Positions 10,419 to 18,572 of a stretch of DNA of 24,233 nt are shown one piece after another. Position 1 is the stretch's first letter, and the number at the start of each line of letters is the position of its first letter. Made by a program: the position numbers and the translations under genes. Source of the DNA: a virus (taxonomy: Duplodnaviria; Caudoviricetes); IMG/VR virus record IMGVR_UViG_3300023119_001218, positions 1 to 24,233 of that record; one strand, 5' to 3'. Below the pieces are notes generated by a model, which saw nothing but the letters and a program-made list of their open reading frames with translations, did no database searches and was not told where the DNA came from.

Positions 10419-10425
10419 TATTTAT
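10419..10425 (-). promoter_or_regulatory. Putative late promoter motif ATAAATA upstream of iscA and the giant structural gene
   Basis: Resembles the T4 late consensus TATAAATA, and the same motif recurs in front of several genes in the window. Confidence 0.5.
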
Positions 10426-10459
10426 CGAACTATTTTATAATCTTAATGTAAATATATGT

Positions 10460-10747
10460 ATGTTCATAAAAGAATATCAAAAACAGACGTGGCATCAGCG
10501 TAAAAGCAACAAAGGCATAAGTCATGAGTACTACCGGCACAAAACATTTATACTAATGCTTTGTGATAATTGTGGAGTTGAGTTTTCAAGAGAACGTGGA
10601 AGTATGGATCCTAAGCGGATATCCAATAACTACTTCCACGTATGTTCAGATTGTGATGCTAAGAAATTTGCTCAGAAAAAAGGCATAGAAAAGAAACAAA
10701 TATGGGATATGCCTGCTAGTTCTGATTTGCCTATTGGCAAATTGTAA
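10460..10747 (+). CDS. Hypothetical Zn-ribbon-like protein, 95 aa
   Basis: Two CxxC pairs (CDNC, CSDC); basic; TAAATA ends 5 nt before the ATG; its stop abuts the stop of a convergent gene. Confidence 0.8.
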   Translation: MFIKEYQKQTWHQRKSNKGISHEYYRHKTFILMLCDNCGVEFSRERGSMDPKRISNNYFHVCSDCDAKKFAQKKGIEKKQIWDMPASSDLPIGKL

Positions 10748-10912
10748 TTATTCTGCTTTCCAAATAGTCCAAGCACCGTACAAAATGGCTGCATATGCTG
10801 CCAATGCTGCAATAGGCTTGAATATTAGGAAAGATACACCTGCTACTACAAGAATAACACCATCTAATGTTGTGCGCTCTTTGATTCGAGCATTAATCCA
10901 TTTTTGTATCAC
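10748..10912 (-). CDS. Small two-TM membrane protein, 54 aa (MIQKWINARIKERTTLDGVILVVAGVSFLIFKPIAALAAYAAILYGAWTIWKAE); holin-like topology
   Basis: Not in the ORF track. GTG start with AAGGAG 8 nt upstream; two hydrophobic stretches; fills the gap exactly. Function is inferred from topology only. Confidence 0.8.
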   Translation of the reverse strand: MIQKWINARIKERTTLDGVILVVAGVSFLIFKPIAALAAYAAILYGAWTIWKAE

Positions 10913-11171
10913 GGCTTAATCTCCTTAGTTGTTTTTCAAGCATTGAAATACGAACGTCTTGATTACGTATTTTTTCTTCCAATCCTTGAACATATTTTTG
11001 TGAAGGAATAGTATGTTCTGCGCCATCTTCGCCTAGTACAACCATAGTATCAACACCTTGTCCACGCAATCCGCCCAATACTCTGTTAGGGTTTTTATGC
11101 GATTCTGACTTCGATGTCGTTGAACCTTTGCGGCCGTACATTGCGTTCAAGTATCTGTCGCTCATTATCAT
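10893..11171 (-). CDS. Hypothetical protein with C-terminal coiled coil, about 92 aa (start may be ATG 11165)
   Basis: ORF track; GAAGGA upstream; heptad-like LEEKIRNQDVRISMLEKQLRRL; ATAAATA at 11189-11183. Confidence 0.75.
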   Translation of the reverse strand: MIMSDRYLNAMYGRKGSTTSKSESHKNPNRVLGGLRGQGVDTMVVLGEDGAEHTIPSQKYVQGLEEKIRNQDVRISMLEKQLRRLSRDTKMD

Positions 11172-12186
11172 TTCCTTCGTAGTATTTATGTAGTTCTAGG
11201 CTTGCTAAATTTTTACATTTAGACTCTACCATAATATCTGCTGTATCTAAAAACTGCAATGCCCAGTCGTTAACTGCTGTGTTCCACATGTAATCGCTGT
11301 GCGCTCGTAGTTTTGCTTTCTTGTAGCCTTGCTCTAGTAATGTTTCTTTGTTAGGTAATACGTTTGGATTATGATTGACTAGATAATCTTCTCGTGATAC
11401 TGAGTAATGAATAACAGGACGTACACCACGCCAACTATCTATTATGCGTAGATATCTATCGTCGGTGGGTTGAATGTATTCTCCACTAGCGACCCAGTGA
11501 TGGTGTATGTCAAGAACGAGTGCGACGTGGTTGGCAAGTTCCAGACTGGCGTCGATGCCCCACGAGTTTTCGTCATTTTCAATAGTAAGTGTGTTTCGTG
11601 CTTCTGGAGACAGTCTTGGAAGGACGTTGATGATACCGGCTGGACCTTGTCTACCGGAGATGTGGACGTTACATTTGAAGTCTTGCCAATTGACACCGTA
11701 GCCCATCCACCTCGCAACATTGATGTGATACTCGAATTCCTCAATTGATCTCTCCACTATATCAGGGTTGTCAGATGCAAGCACAGTAAACTGACCAGGA
11801 TGCATAGACAACCGTACATCCAACTGCCTTGCAAGCTCGCCGACCCTTGCGAAATGCTTTTCGCAATATGCGACCACATCAGGACGTTTCCAGTAATAGC
11901 ACCAAGTAGGCTCAGTGTATACAGGAAGGACATCACTGCCGAGTCTAACCATTCGTAATTCATGTGGTAAACCTCCTACGTATTCAATCAAGTTGTAGTA
12001 TGACTGAATGTTGTGTACCATGATGGACCACAGTCGTTCTTCTGCAACATCACGAGTCTGACGATTAAGCCACTGTACTGTTGTACTGCGAGTATTTAGT
12101 GGCCGCTGAATTTCTTCTAGCAGTTTCTTTTTCTGCGTTTGATCTGGGTGCATGTACTTGCATGCAAAGCCTATTCTCTTAGTCAT
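11095..12186 (-). CDS. uvsE: UV DNA damage endonuclease (UvsE/UVDE family)
   Basis: RIGFACKY, RLGSD, RLSMHPGQFTVLAS, TIENDE, LDIHHH, HYS, AHSD and MVESK motifs. Start placed at MTKRIGFACK because the longer track start runs through the promoter. Confidence 0.93.
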   Translation of the reverse strand: MTKRIGFACKYMHPDQTQKKKLLEEIQRPLNTRSTTVQWLNRQTRDVAEERLWSIMVHNIQSYYNLIEYVGGLPHELRMVRLGSDVLPVYTEPTWCYYWKRPDVVAYCEKHFARVGELARQLDVRLSMHPGQFTVLASDNPDIVERSIEEFEYHINVARWMGYGVNWQDFKCNVHISGRQGPAGIINVLPRLSPEARNTLTIENDENSWGIDASLELANHVALVLDIHHHWVASGEYIQPTDDRYLRIIDSWRGVRPVIHYSVSREDYLVNHNPNVLPNKETLLEQGYKKAKLRAHSDYMWNTAVNDWALQFLDTADIMVESKCKNLASLELHKYYEGNDNERQILERNVRPQRFNDIEVRIA

Positions 12187-12192
12187 GTTTAT

Positions 12193-12221
12193 AGTATACT
12201 GCCTTTTGTTGTTTATGTCAA
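12193..12221 (-). promoter_or_regulatory. Sigma70-type promoter for uvsE
   Basis: TTGACA (12221-12216), 17-nt spacer, TATACT (12198-12193); the ATG follows after 6 nt. Confidence 0.8.
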
Positions 12222-13040
12222 TCATTTCCAGTTTTCTCTTACCCATAAATCTTTACAATAATGTGGATTAGGATCACCATGAAATACTGCTATACTTGTT
12301 TCATTTAGTATTTTAGGTTCTCCTGGTGTTTCAAAATCTCTGTTGCCTTTTGTTCCTACCATACGAGGTTTACCTCGCATCTCCCATTTATAACTTTGTA
12401 TCCATTCATCGGGCCAATAGTCAAAATCTTGTGTTATCTTGTGACGTATCCAATCTTGATCTCCATGCCAGCGTCGAATTGGTTCTGTAGGATTACGAGC
12501 AAAGTCCTTCCAAACTTGAGGGTGTTGTCCTGAATCAAGTCTAAACACACTTGAATTAAATTTAGGATAATTTTTAATTACAAATCTATTGAAGTCTCTG
12601 CATATTAAAAATTCCCCAGGTTTATGTGTAAACAAATGATCAATGTTACGAAACACAATTAAATCGAGATCTAGATATAATATAGTTCCTCTAAGTGGCA
12701 GTGCTTTGTCAAAAAACATCGGCTTATACCACCAGCCGACTGCTCCACCCATACCGCCAATCTTTGGTAACGGCTCTATTCTAACTCCAGGATCAATTCC
12801 GTCGGGGCGTTCTGTGAAACAAACAAATTCATAGTTAAGTGTACAGTTACGTTTTACCATATTGTACAAGTTGTTTACATACTCCGGACCATACTTGGCT
12901 CCGAATTTCAAACAAACTACATAGTTTTGTTTTGTTCCCATCGGGGTCGGATTTAGCCTCTCTTTGGCTAAATCCAATTTTTCTTGTAACTTACGAGCTT
13001 TCCGTTCGCCTTTAGTTTCCCCGGGATAATAAGTTTTCAT
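12222..13040 (-). CDS. GT-A fold glycosyltransferase (GT8-like)
   Basis: VVCLKFGAKYGPEYVNNL N-terminal motif, FVCFTE, LYLDLD (DxD), FNSSV, GDQDWI and VFHGDPNPH. Its ATG directly follows the queD stop codon. Confidence 0.8.
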   Translation of the reverse strand: MKTYYPGETKGERKARKLQEKLDLAKERLNPTPMGTKQNYVVCLKFGAKYGPEYVNNLYNMVKRNCTLNYEFVCFTERPDGIDPGVRIEPLPKIGGMGGAVGWWYKPMFFDKALPLRGTILYLDLDLIVFRNIDHLFTHKPGEFLICRDFNRFVIKNYPKFNSSVFRLDSGQHPQVWKDFARNPTEPIRRWHGDQDWIRHKITQDFDYWPDEWIQSYKWEMRGKPRMVGTKGNRDFETPGEPKILNETSIAVFHGDPNPHYCKDLWVRENWK

Positions 13041-13490
13041 CTAACCTTCATAAATTGCTGAATTGGCTCCATGTTCGGCACATTCTACTCGCACACAATA
13101 ACAACGATTGTTTGTTTGTTCACGTACTAGTTGATCTGCAAATTTAAATGCGTGTTCTGCAAACTTCTCTGCACCAACGCCGTCAAAAATACGTAGTTCT
13201 GCTAGACCAAACTCTTCCATTTCTTGTAGTTTATATAAAAATGGATCAGCCCTATCTACTGCTACCTTATGATCAAAACTATCTTCAAGCCAAGCCTTCA
13301 AAGGTTTTAGTCCTCCAAAGTCTACAGCCCAGTTTTTATTATCTAATTCGTCACAACCAAATGTAAATGTAAATGCTAATGAATAACCGTGTAGCAGATG
13401 ACAATGTGAATGATCTGCGTTAGGCTGGCGGAACACTGCTGATAAGCCAATGTTGTGTCCGTAATGTTTTGTACTGTAATATTTACCCAT
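13041..13490 (-). CDS. queD: 6-carboxy-5,6,7,8-tetrahydropterin synthase (QueD/PTPS family)
   Basis: CHLLHGY active-site motif, VDFGGLK, FDHK, GAEKFA and VECAEHGANSAIY; GGAGG RBS at 13501-13497. Confidence 0.92.
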   Translation of the reverse strand: MGKYYSTKHYGHNIGLSAVFRQPNADHSHCHLLHGYSLAFTFTFGCDELDNKNWAVDFGGLKPLKAWLEDSFDHKVAVDRADPFLYKLQEMEEFGLAELRIFDGVGAEKFAEHAFKFADQLVREQTNNRCYCVRVECAEHGANSAIYEG

Positions 13491-13566
13491 CTCTTGCCTC
13501 CTGTATTAGTCGAGTAAGTTTGATGCGCAGAGTGTTTATAGTGGGATGAGCATATAAGACCACTGT
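13491..13566 (-). ncRNA. Structured 5' leader of queD; candidate preQ1-I-like riboswitch variant
   Basis: AGUGG-UCUUAUAUGCUCAUC-CCACU-AUAAACAC: 5-bp stem, loop, then A-rich tail as in preQ1-I aptamers. Loop AUGCUCA can pair with downstream UGCGCAU. It lies between the promoter and queD. Confidence 0.5.
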
Positions 13567-13572
13567 ATACAT

Positions 13573-13601
13573 ATATTATACTATATTACTTATCTTGTCA
13601 A
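13573..13601 (-). promoter_or_regulatory. Sigma70-type promoter for queD-glycosyltransferase
   Basis: TTGACA (13601-13596) followed by TATAAT at 15 nt (13580-13575) or TAATAT at 17 nt (13578-13573). Confidence 0.75.
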
Positions 13602-14163
13602 GTGAAACATTAAATTTTTTCCAAGATTTTGGTAACTCCCAATTTTCTTCTGCATAAACAGTAAATTCTACATCTGCAAAACATTCAAATATTTTTGATA
13701 TTTGGTAAATCCAATATCTAGGATCAACTGCTGGTTTTTCTGCTTCTGCATAATTTTTTGTACCTTTGTAAATGTTATTAATAAGTTTATTTTTGCTGTA
13801 CAAATCAAAACCTATAAGTTTAACTTTTTTCTCTTTTGAGTATTTTGCTCCTAAAAGAACAGCATAAGGTCCAGCACCCCAGTGTGCGGGCAAGTCCCAA
13901 CGGTCCATACCCGGATACGGAATATCAGGCAGTATACGCAATTTATGTTCTAGGTTGTATAGATCGTAATGTTCTTTTCTAGACCATATCTTTGGTCTAT
14001 CTTCAAAAGAAATTTCGAACACTTCCTTTAGCATTCTTTTGTCAACACACACTAGATGATTAACTTCAAAGTCGCGGAATATAGCATTACACCCTATTTT
14101 AATTTCTTTAATATTATTAAGGTTAATACCTTTGCGACTTTCGCCGTTGCCAATTATTAACAT
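13576..14163 (-). CDS. DUF115/Maf/sialyltransferase-like Rossmannoid protein (possible glycosyltransferase)
   Basis: IIGNGESR...IGCNAIFRD...LVCVD and GAGPYA...LIGFDL motifs, typical of the MptE-like/CstII-like fold. Confidence 0.6.
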   Translation of the reverse strand: MLIIGNGESRKGINLNNIKEIKIGCNAIFRDFEVNHLVCVDKRMLKEVFEISFEDRPKIWSRKEHYDLYNLEHKLRILPDIPYPGMDRWDLPAHWGAGPYAVLLGAKYSKEKKVKLIGFDLYSKNKLINNIYKGTKNYAEAEKPAVDPRYWIYQISKIFECFADVEFTVYAEENWELPKSWKKFNVSLDKISNIV

Positions 14164-14168
14164 ATCTA

Positions 14169-14182
14169 TATTTAAATAAATA
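14169..14182. promoter_or_regulatory. Back-to-back late-promoter-like motifs (TAAATA minus, 14174-14169; ATAAATA plus, 14176-14182)
   Basis: Sequence tatttaaataaata lies in the 49-nt gap between divergent genes. Confidence 0.5.
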
Positions 14183-14212
14183 CAATGTCAAAAGTTAATA
14201 ATTGGATGAAAC

Positions 14213-16129
14213 ATGGGCGTAGCATACGTAGACACATTTAGAAGAATAGTACTCCAACCTGACGGAGTAACCCTTACTGCTGATGATATAGGAGACACAC
14301 TTACTATTACTAGAGGTAATGGTGTTGCTTTTAATCCAGTAGAAGGTACTGACAGTTTTGAAATAGACGTCAATTACGAATTGTATATGCCTGTTGGTAC
14401 AACAGAACTAAGATTAAACGATGTGCATTCCAATTATTCAAGTGTAACACTAACAGGCGGAAGCAATATTACAGTTACACGGGTAAGCGATACTGAAGTA
14501 AGTCTTGCAGCCACAGTTGGTGGCGCCAGCAAGAGTATATCAGGCATTACACTTTCAAACCCTATAGTAATACAAACAACATCGGCACATAGTTTTACTG
14601 AAGGACGTCCAGTAACCATTGTAGACGTAGTAGGTACAACTCAGTTGAATGGTAATGAATATTACATGGATATTCTTACATCAGACACATTTGCACTGTA
14701 CACCAATGATGCACTAACTAATCCAGTTGACGGTACTAGCGGATTTAGCGCATACGTAAGTGGGGGTGTTGCAACTGGTGAATATTTCCCCAGAACACAA
14801 CTAAGCGAATTATCTGATGTAGAAACAGCAGGTGTTGTAACAAATGATATTTTAGCCTATGACGGTACAGAATTTGTTCCTACATCAACATTTATAGGTG
14901 ATGTCAAAGGCAGTGTTGTAGGTGATGACTCGACAATATTAGTTGATGGAGTTAATGGAAGAATACTTGCACCAGTAGAAAAATTTAGTGGATACACTGC
15001 AAGTCCATTGTATGATATTAACGAAAACGGTGGTGTTAATTTTATAGATGCTAATGTGTTGCTAGGTTTTGTTGGAGGCAGCGCACAAACGGCAAACGCA
15101 GCCCTTAAAAGTCAGTCCTTGGCAGTTGATTGGACACCGGTTGTAGGATCTATATATACCAATAATAAGTTTCAAATAAGAACTATTCAAGGAAACGCAA
15201 CCGATGTATTGCGTGACAGTGTTGGATTAGCACCAGAAGGCTGGGGAGACACTGCTATAATAGGAAATATTAACGATACCGGTAGTTCAGTAGAAATGGT
15301 TGGCGGTATTGGTGTTTCCGGAAGTTATACAACCATTGTAGGCGAACAGGTTCAGATTAATACCGACGGCAACTACCCACTTTTACTCAACTGTGGAGTA
15401 CAACTCGGCCTTAATAGTGGAATTACTTTTGAAGGTCCGTTTAGTGATGCCAATGATACGTATTTGGTTGCAGATTTACAAACAGCAAGTAGAACAATTA
15501 CCTTACCAGATGCAAGTGGAACAGTTGTCTTAATAGACAGCGGAGGGAAAGTAGTACAGCCTCTAGTAGGAGACTTAACAGGATCAGTGTTTGCTGATGA
15601 TTCAAGTCTAATGGTAGACGGAGTTTCTGGTAATTTATATTCTACTGACATTTATTTTACTGGTACGTTATATCAAAACGGTGTAGCGTTCCAAAGTGGA
15701 GCAACAGTAAGCGACAAGTCAGATAACGTTGATTATAATATTTTATTCACAAGCGATACATCTGGAACACAGACTGTAGCAGGAATAGACAACGGATCTC
15801 TTATATACAATCCAAGCACAGGGCAAGTTAGTGCTGTTGATTTTAACTCAACATCAGACGAAAATCTTAAAAAGAACGTTACTACTATTGATTCAGCATT
15901 GAATAAATTGTTAGATTTAAGAGGCGTAAACTTTAACTGGATCGAAAACGGAAATTACGCAATGGGTGTAATTGCTCAAGAAGTTGAAAAAGTTATTCCG
16001 GAAGTTGTTAGCACAAGCGGAGATACAAAAAGAGTAAACTACGGAGCAATGATAGGACTATTAATAGAAGCAATCAAGGAGCAACAAATACTTATTCAAG
16101 ACCTTAGTAGTAAAATGAAGGAATTGTAA
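14213..16129 (+). CDS. Tail fibre protein with C-terminal peptidase S74 intramolecular chaperone
   Basis: TSDENLKKNV...LRGVNFNW...GVIAQEVEKVIPEVV...VNYGAMIGLLIEAIKE plus coiled coil; E1-FCCH-like beta domain (ISGITLSNPIVI...VVGTTQLNGNEYY); LSELSDV motif; GDxxGSVxxDDS repeats. Confidence 0.88.
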   Translation: MGVAYVDTFRRIVLQPDGVTLTADDIGDTLTITRGNGVAFNPVEGTDSFEIDVNYELYMPVGTTELRLNDVHSNYSSVTLTGGSNITVTRVSDTEVSLAATVGGASKSISGITLSNPIVIQTTSAHSFTEGRPVTIVDVVGTTQLNGNEYYMDILTSDTFALYTNDALTNPVDGTSGFSAYVSGGVATGEYFPRTQLSELSDVETAGVVTNDILAYDGTEFVPTSTFIGDVKGSVVGDDSTILVDGVNGRILAPVEKFSGYTASPLYDINENGGVNFIDANVLLGFVGGSAQTANAALKSQSLAVDWTPVVGSIYTNNKFQIRTIQGNATDVLRDSVGLAPEGWGDTAIIGNINDTGSSVEMVGGIGVSGSYTTIVGEQVQINTDGNYPLLLNCGVQLGLNSGITFEGPFSDANDTYLVADLQTASRTITLPDASGTVVLIDSGGKVVQPLVGDLTGSVFADDSSLMVDGVSGNLYSTDIYFTGTLYQNGVAFQSGATVSDKSDNVDYNILFTSDTSGTQTVAGIDNGSLIYNPSTGQVSAVDFNSTSDENLKKNVTTIDSALNKLLDLRGVNFNWIENGNYAMGVIAQEVEKVIPEVVSTSGDTKRVNYGAMIGLLIEAIKEQQILIQDLSSKMKEL

Positions 16130-17319
16130 TGGGGTTTAGTGTTAAGGGCAGTTCGGTTCTACAAGAAAATTTTATTCCGTTTGTTTGGGGATCTGGCGAT
16201 CAAGTCACACCACCTACTTTTAATAGTTCATGGACACCTGAGCCACCAAGCGATTCATACTACGGATTTGATGTTGCAGTTGGACTTAATAAAATAGTAG
16301 TAGGTGCATATAGAGATCATACCGTTGACGGTGCTGACCTTGGAGCAGTTTATGTTTATGATCTAGATGGTTCAAATGAAATAAAAATATCAAATACAAT
16401 GCCATCAAAAGCCACCTTTGATGATTTTGGATATTCTGTAGATATAGGATGTGGTAAAATTGCAGTCGGGTCAAGAGGATATGATGGTGCAGTAGCCGAA
16501 AGCGGCAGAGTTGAAATTTTTGATATTGATGGAACAAAGGTTGTAGAACTTGATAGGCCTACAGGACATGGTTTTGCTAGATTCGGACAATCATTGGCTA
16601 TTGCTGATAACAGAGTTGTAATAGGTGCTCCGTACAGTGACGCTTACTTTACGCAAGGTGGTGCTGCTTTTGTTTACAATCTAGACGGTACAAACGAAAT
16701 TGAATTAGTTCCTTCTAGTAAAAGTAGTAATAGATTATACGGTTATGAAGTTGCTATAGGTCACGGAGTTATTGCAGTTGCAGAAATAGGTAGAGAAGGC
16801 ACAGCTGATGTAGTAGGAAGAGTTTTCTTGTTTGATTATAGCGGAAACGAAATTGGAACTATTACAGGTTCAAACACAGCCGGTGATGACTTCGGTAGAA
16901 AAATATCAATCGGTTGCGGGAAAATTGTAGTTGCAGAGCCTTCTACAGGTGTTGGTGACGGGGCTGCATATGTGTTTGACTTGCAAGGTAATCAGTTAAC
17001 AACGTTTGTGGCTGCGGCTCACGATGTGTCAATAGGTAATGGTAGAATTATAGTAAGTAGTGGCAGCACAGCAAGAATTTATAATTTAGATTTCCAAGAT
17101 CTAGGCACTTTGTCATTCCCTGGCACTTCAGGAGTAGGTGCTACATATACAAGCGATACTTCATTTGGATTTGCCCGTACTTCTCATGCAATCGGTAATG
17201 GGAAGATTGTAGTTGGAGCGCCATACGCTGGAAGTAACCAAGGCGAAGTTTTTGTGTTCGATACTCCGCATGTTTACACAATCTATGATGCAATAGATTT
17301 GCAAAGAGGAAATAAGTAA
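16129..17319 (+). CDS. FG-GAP-repeat seven-bladed beta-propeller protein 1 (putative receptor-binding/fibre-tip protein)
   Basis: Repeats of FGxSVAI...IVVGAP...GAVYVYD; TAATG coupling to the fibre gene. Confidence 0.85.
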   Translation: MGFSVKGSSVLQENFIPFVWGSGDQVTPPTFNSSWTPEPPSDSYYGFDVAVGLNKIVVGAYRDHTVDGADLGAVYVYDLDGSNEIKISNTMPSKATFDDFGYSVDIGCGKIAVGSRGYDGAVAESGRVEIFDIDGTKVVELDRPTGHGFARFGQSLAIADNRVVIGAPYSDAYFTQGGAAFVYNLDGTNEIELVPSSKSSNRLYGYEVAIGHGVIAVAEIGREGTADVVGRVFLFDYSGNEIGTITGSNTAGDDFGRKISIGCGKIVVAEPSTGVGDGAAYVFDLQGNQLTTFVAAAHDVSIGNGRIIVSSGSTARIYNLDFQDLGTLSFPGTSGVGATYTSDTSFGFARTSHAIGNGKIVVGAPYAGSNQGEVFVFDTPHVYTIYDAIDLQRGNK

Positions 17320-18389
17320 TGGCATTCTATTTACAGGGTACAAAAGTAATTGATGATACTGGTAACCCTATCCTTGACGGTTTTGATAGTGTAGCAAATA
17401 TTGCTGCTACCGAAGTAAAAATTACCACCGGAAGCGATACTGCCGGAGACAATACAGGACTTTCGGTTGCTGCTGGAATGCACAATACATGGGCCTATAC
17501 AATACGTCAATACAATAGTAGTGCGGGTAGGGCAGTATGGTGGACATATAATTTTATAGAAAGTTATGGAGGTGTTGGTACTGTTTTTGGAAGAGGTGGT
17601 GTTGCTACTAGAAGTGGAATAATAGCAATTGGTGATCCTAACTATGATGGATCCGGCACTGCTATAGGACAAATTAGATTATCAGTTGGATCAAACAACC
17701 AAAACTTCCTAGCAGAAACAAATATTGGTCCTGCTACAGCAGTAGACTATTCATATTTTGGAATAAAACTTGCAATGGGCTGTGGCAAACTTGCTGCTGG
17801 TACAATTTCAGGAATTAACAATACTCCAACAAAAGTTTGTATTTTTGATCTCGATAGAACCCAACCAGCAGGCGGTAGCCAATCAAAAAATCGGTATACA
17901 GTCCAAACCAGCAACGAAATTATAATTCAAGATCCGTCAGGGTCAACAGGCAGTTCAACCGGCTTCGGACGGTACGGTCTATCTCTTAACCATGCACGTT
18001 TAGCAGTTGGAGATCCGCTTTACGATAGCGGATCATTTAATAACTCCGGAATAGTTTACATTTTTGATATGTATGGCAATTATCTTTTTCCTATAGAACC
18101 TAGTGATCCTGGTAATTCTGGATATTTTGGTTCATCGATTGCAATAGGTTGTGGGAAAATTGTAGTAGGTGCTGAAGGCGGCAGTCTTAGAGAGGGTGCA
18201 GTTTACATTTATGATCTAGATGGTTCAAATGAAATAAAAATTACAGCAAGCGATGGTGCTACCAATACTTATTTTGGACATAGTGTTGACGTAAGAAACA
18301 ATAAAATTTTAGTAGGCGCACAGGGTGATTCTAGCAGTCGAGGAGCAGTTTATCTATATGATCTAGACGGTTCAAATGAAATAAAAATA
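16342..18389 (+). repeat. Dispersed near-identical DNA repeat shared by propeller genes 1 and 2 (copies at 16342-16389, 18208-18241 and 18342-18389)
   Basis: TTTATGATCTAGATGGTTCAAATGAAATAAAAAT (34 nt) is identical at 16355-16388 and 18208-18241. 16342-16389 and 18342-18389 differ at 3 of 48 positions. Confidence 0.85.
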
Positions 18390-18572
18390 GTAGGATCTGA
18401 TACCGATGCTGGCGATCAATTTGGTGCATCAGTTGCTATAGGATCTAGTAAAATATACGTAGGATGTCCTAATGTACTAGTAAACCTAGAAGCACGGGGT
18501 GCTGTATACGAATACGAAATCGGATCAACAATTGATACAATGTATGAAGACTGGTTGGAGGTTCTATATTAA
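17319..18572 (+). CDS. FG-GAP-repeat beta-propeller protein 2
   Basis: YFGSSIAIGCGKIVVGA...GAVYIYDLDG repeats; TAATG coupling. Confidence 0.85.
   Translation: MAFYLQGTKVIDDTGNPILDGFDSVANIAATEVKITTGSDTAGDNTGLSVAAGMHNTWAYTIRQYNSSAGRAVWWTYNFIESYGGVGTVFGRGGVATRSGIIAIGDPNYDGSGTAIGQIRLSVGSNNQNFLAETNIGPATAVDYSYFGIKLAMGCGKLAAGTISGINNTPTKVCIFDLDRTQPAGGSQSKNRYTVQTSNEIIIQDPSGSTGSSTGFGRYGLSLNHARLAVGDPLYDSGSFNNSGIVYIFDMYGNYLFPIEPSDPGNSGYFGSSIAIGCGKIVVGAEGGSLREGAVYIYDLDGSNEIKITASDGATNTYFGHSVDVRNNKILVGAQGDSSSRGAVYLYDLDGSNEIKIVGSDTDAGDQFGASVAIGSSKIYVGCPNVLVNLEARGAVYEYEIGSTIDTMYEDWLEVLY

Noticed and set aside
10734-10919. Plus-strand 61-aa ORF
   Set aside because: Antisense to the 54-aa membrane protein gene, which has a clear SD.
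12187-12246. Longer uvsE N-terminus given by the ORF track
   Set aside because: It spans the sigma70 promoter and overlaps the upstream gene; family similarity begins at RIGFAC.
13041-14163. PTPS-III plus MptE folate/pterin bypass pathway
   Set aside because: The active-site motif is CHLLHGY, without the Glu that characterises PTPS-III, so QueD fits better. The MptE-like call is at fold level only.
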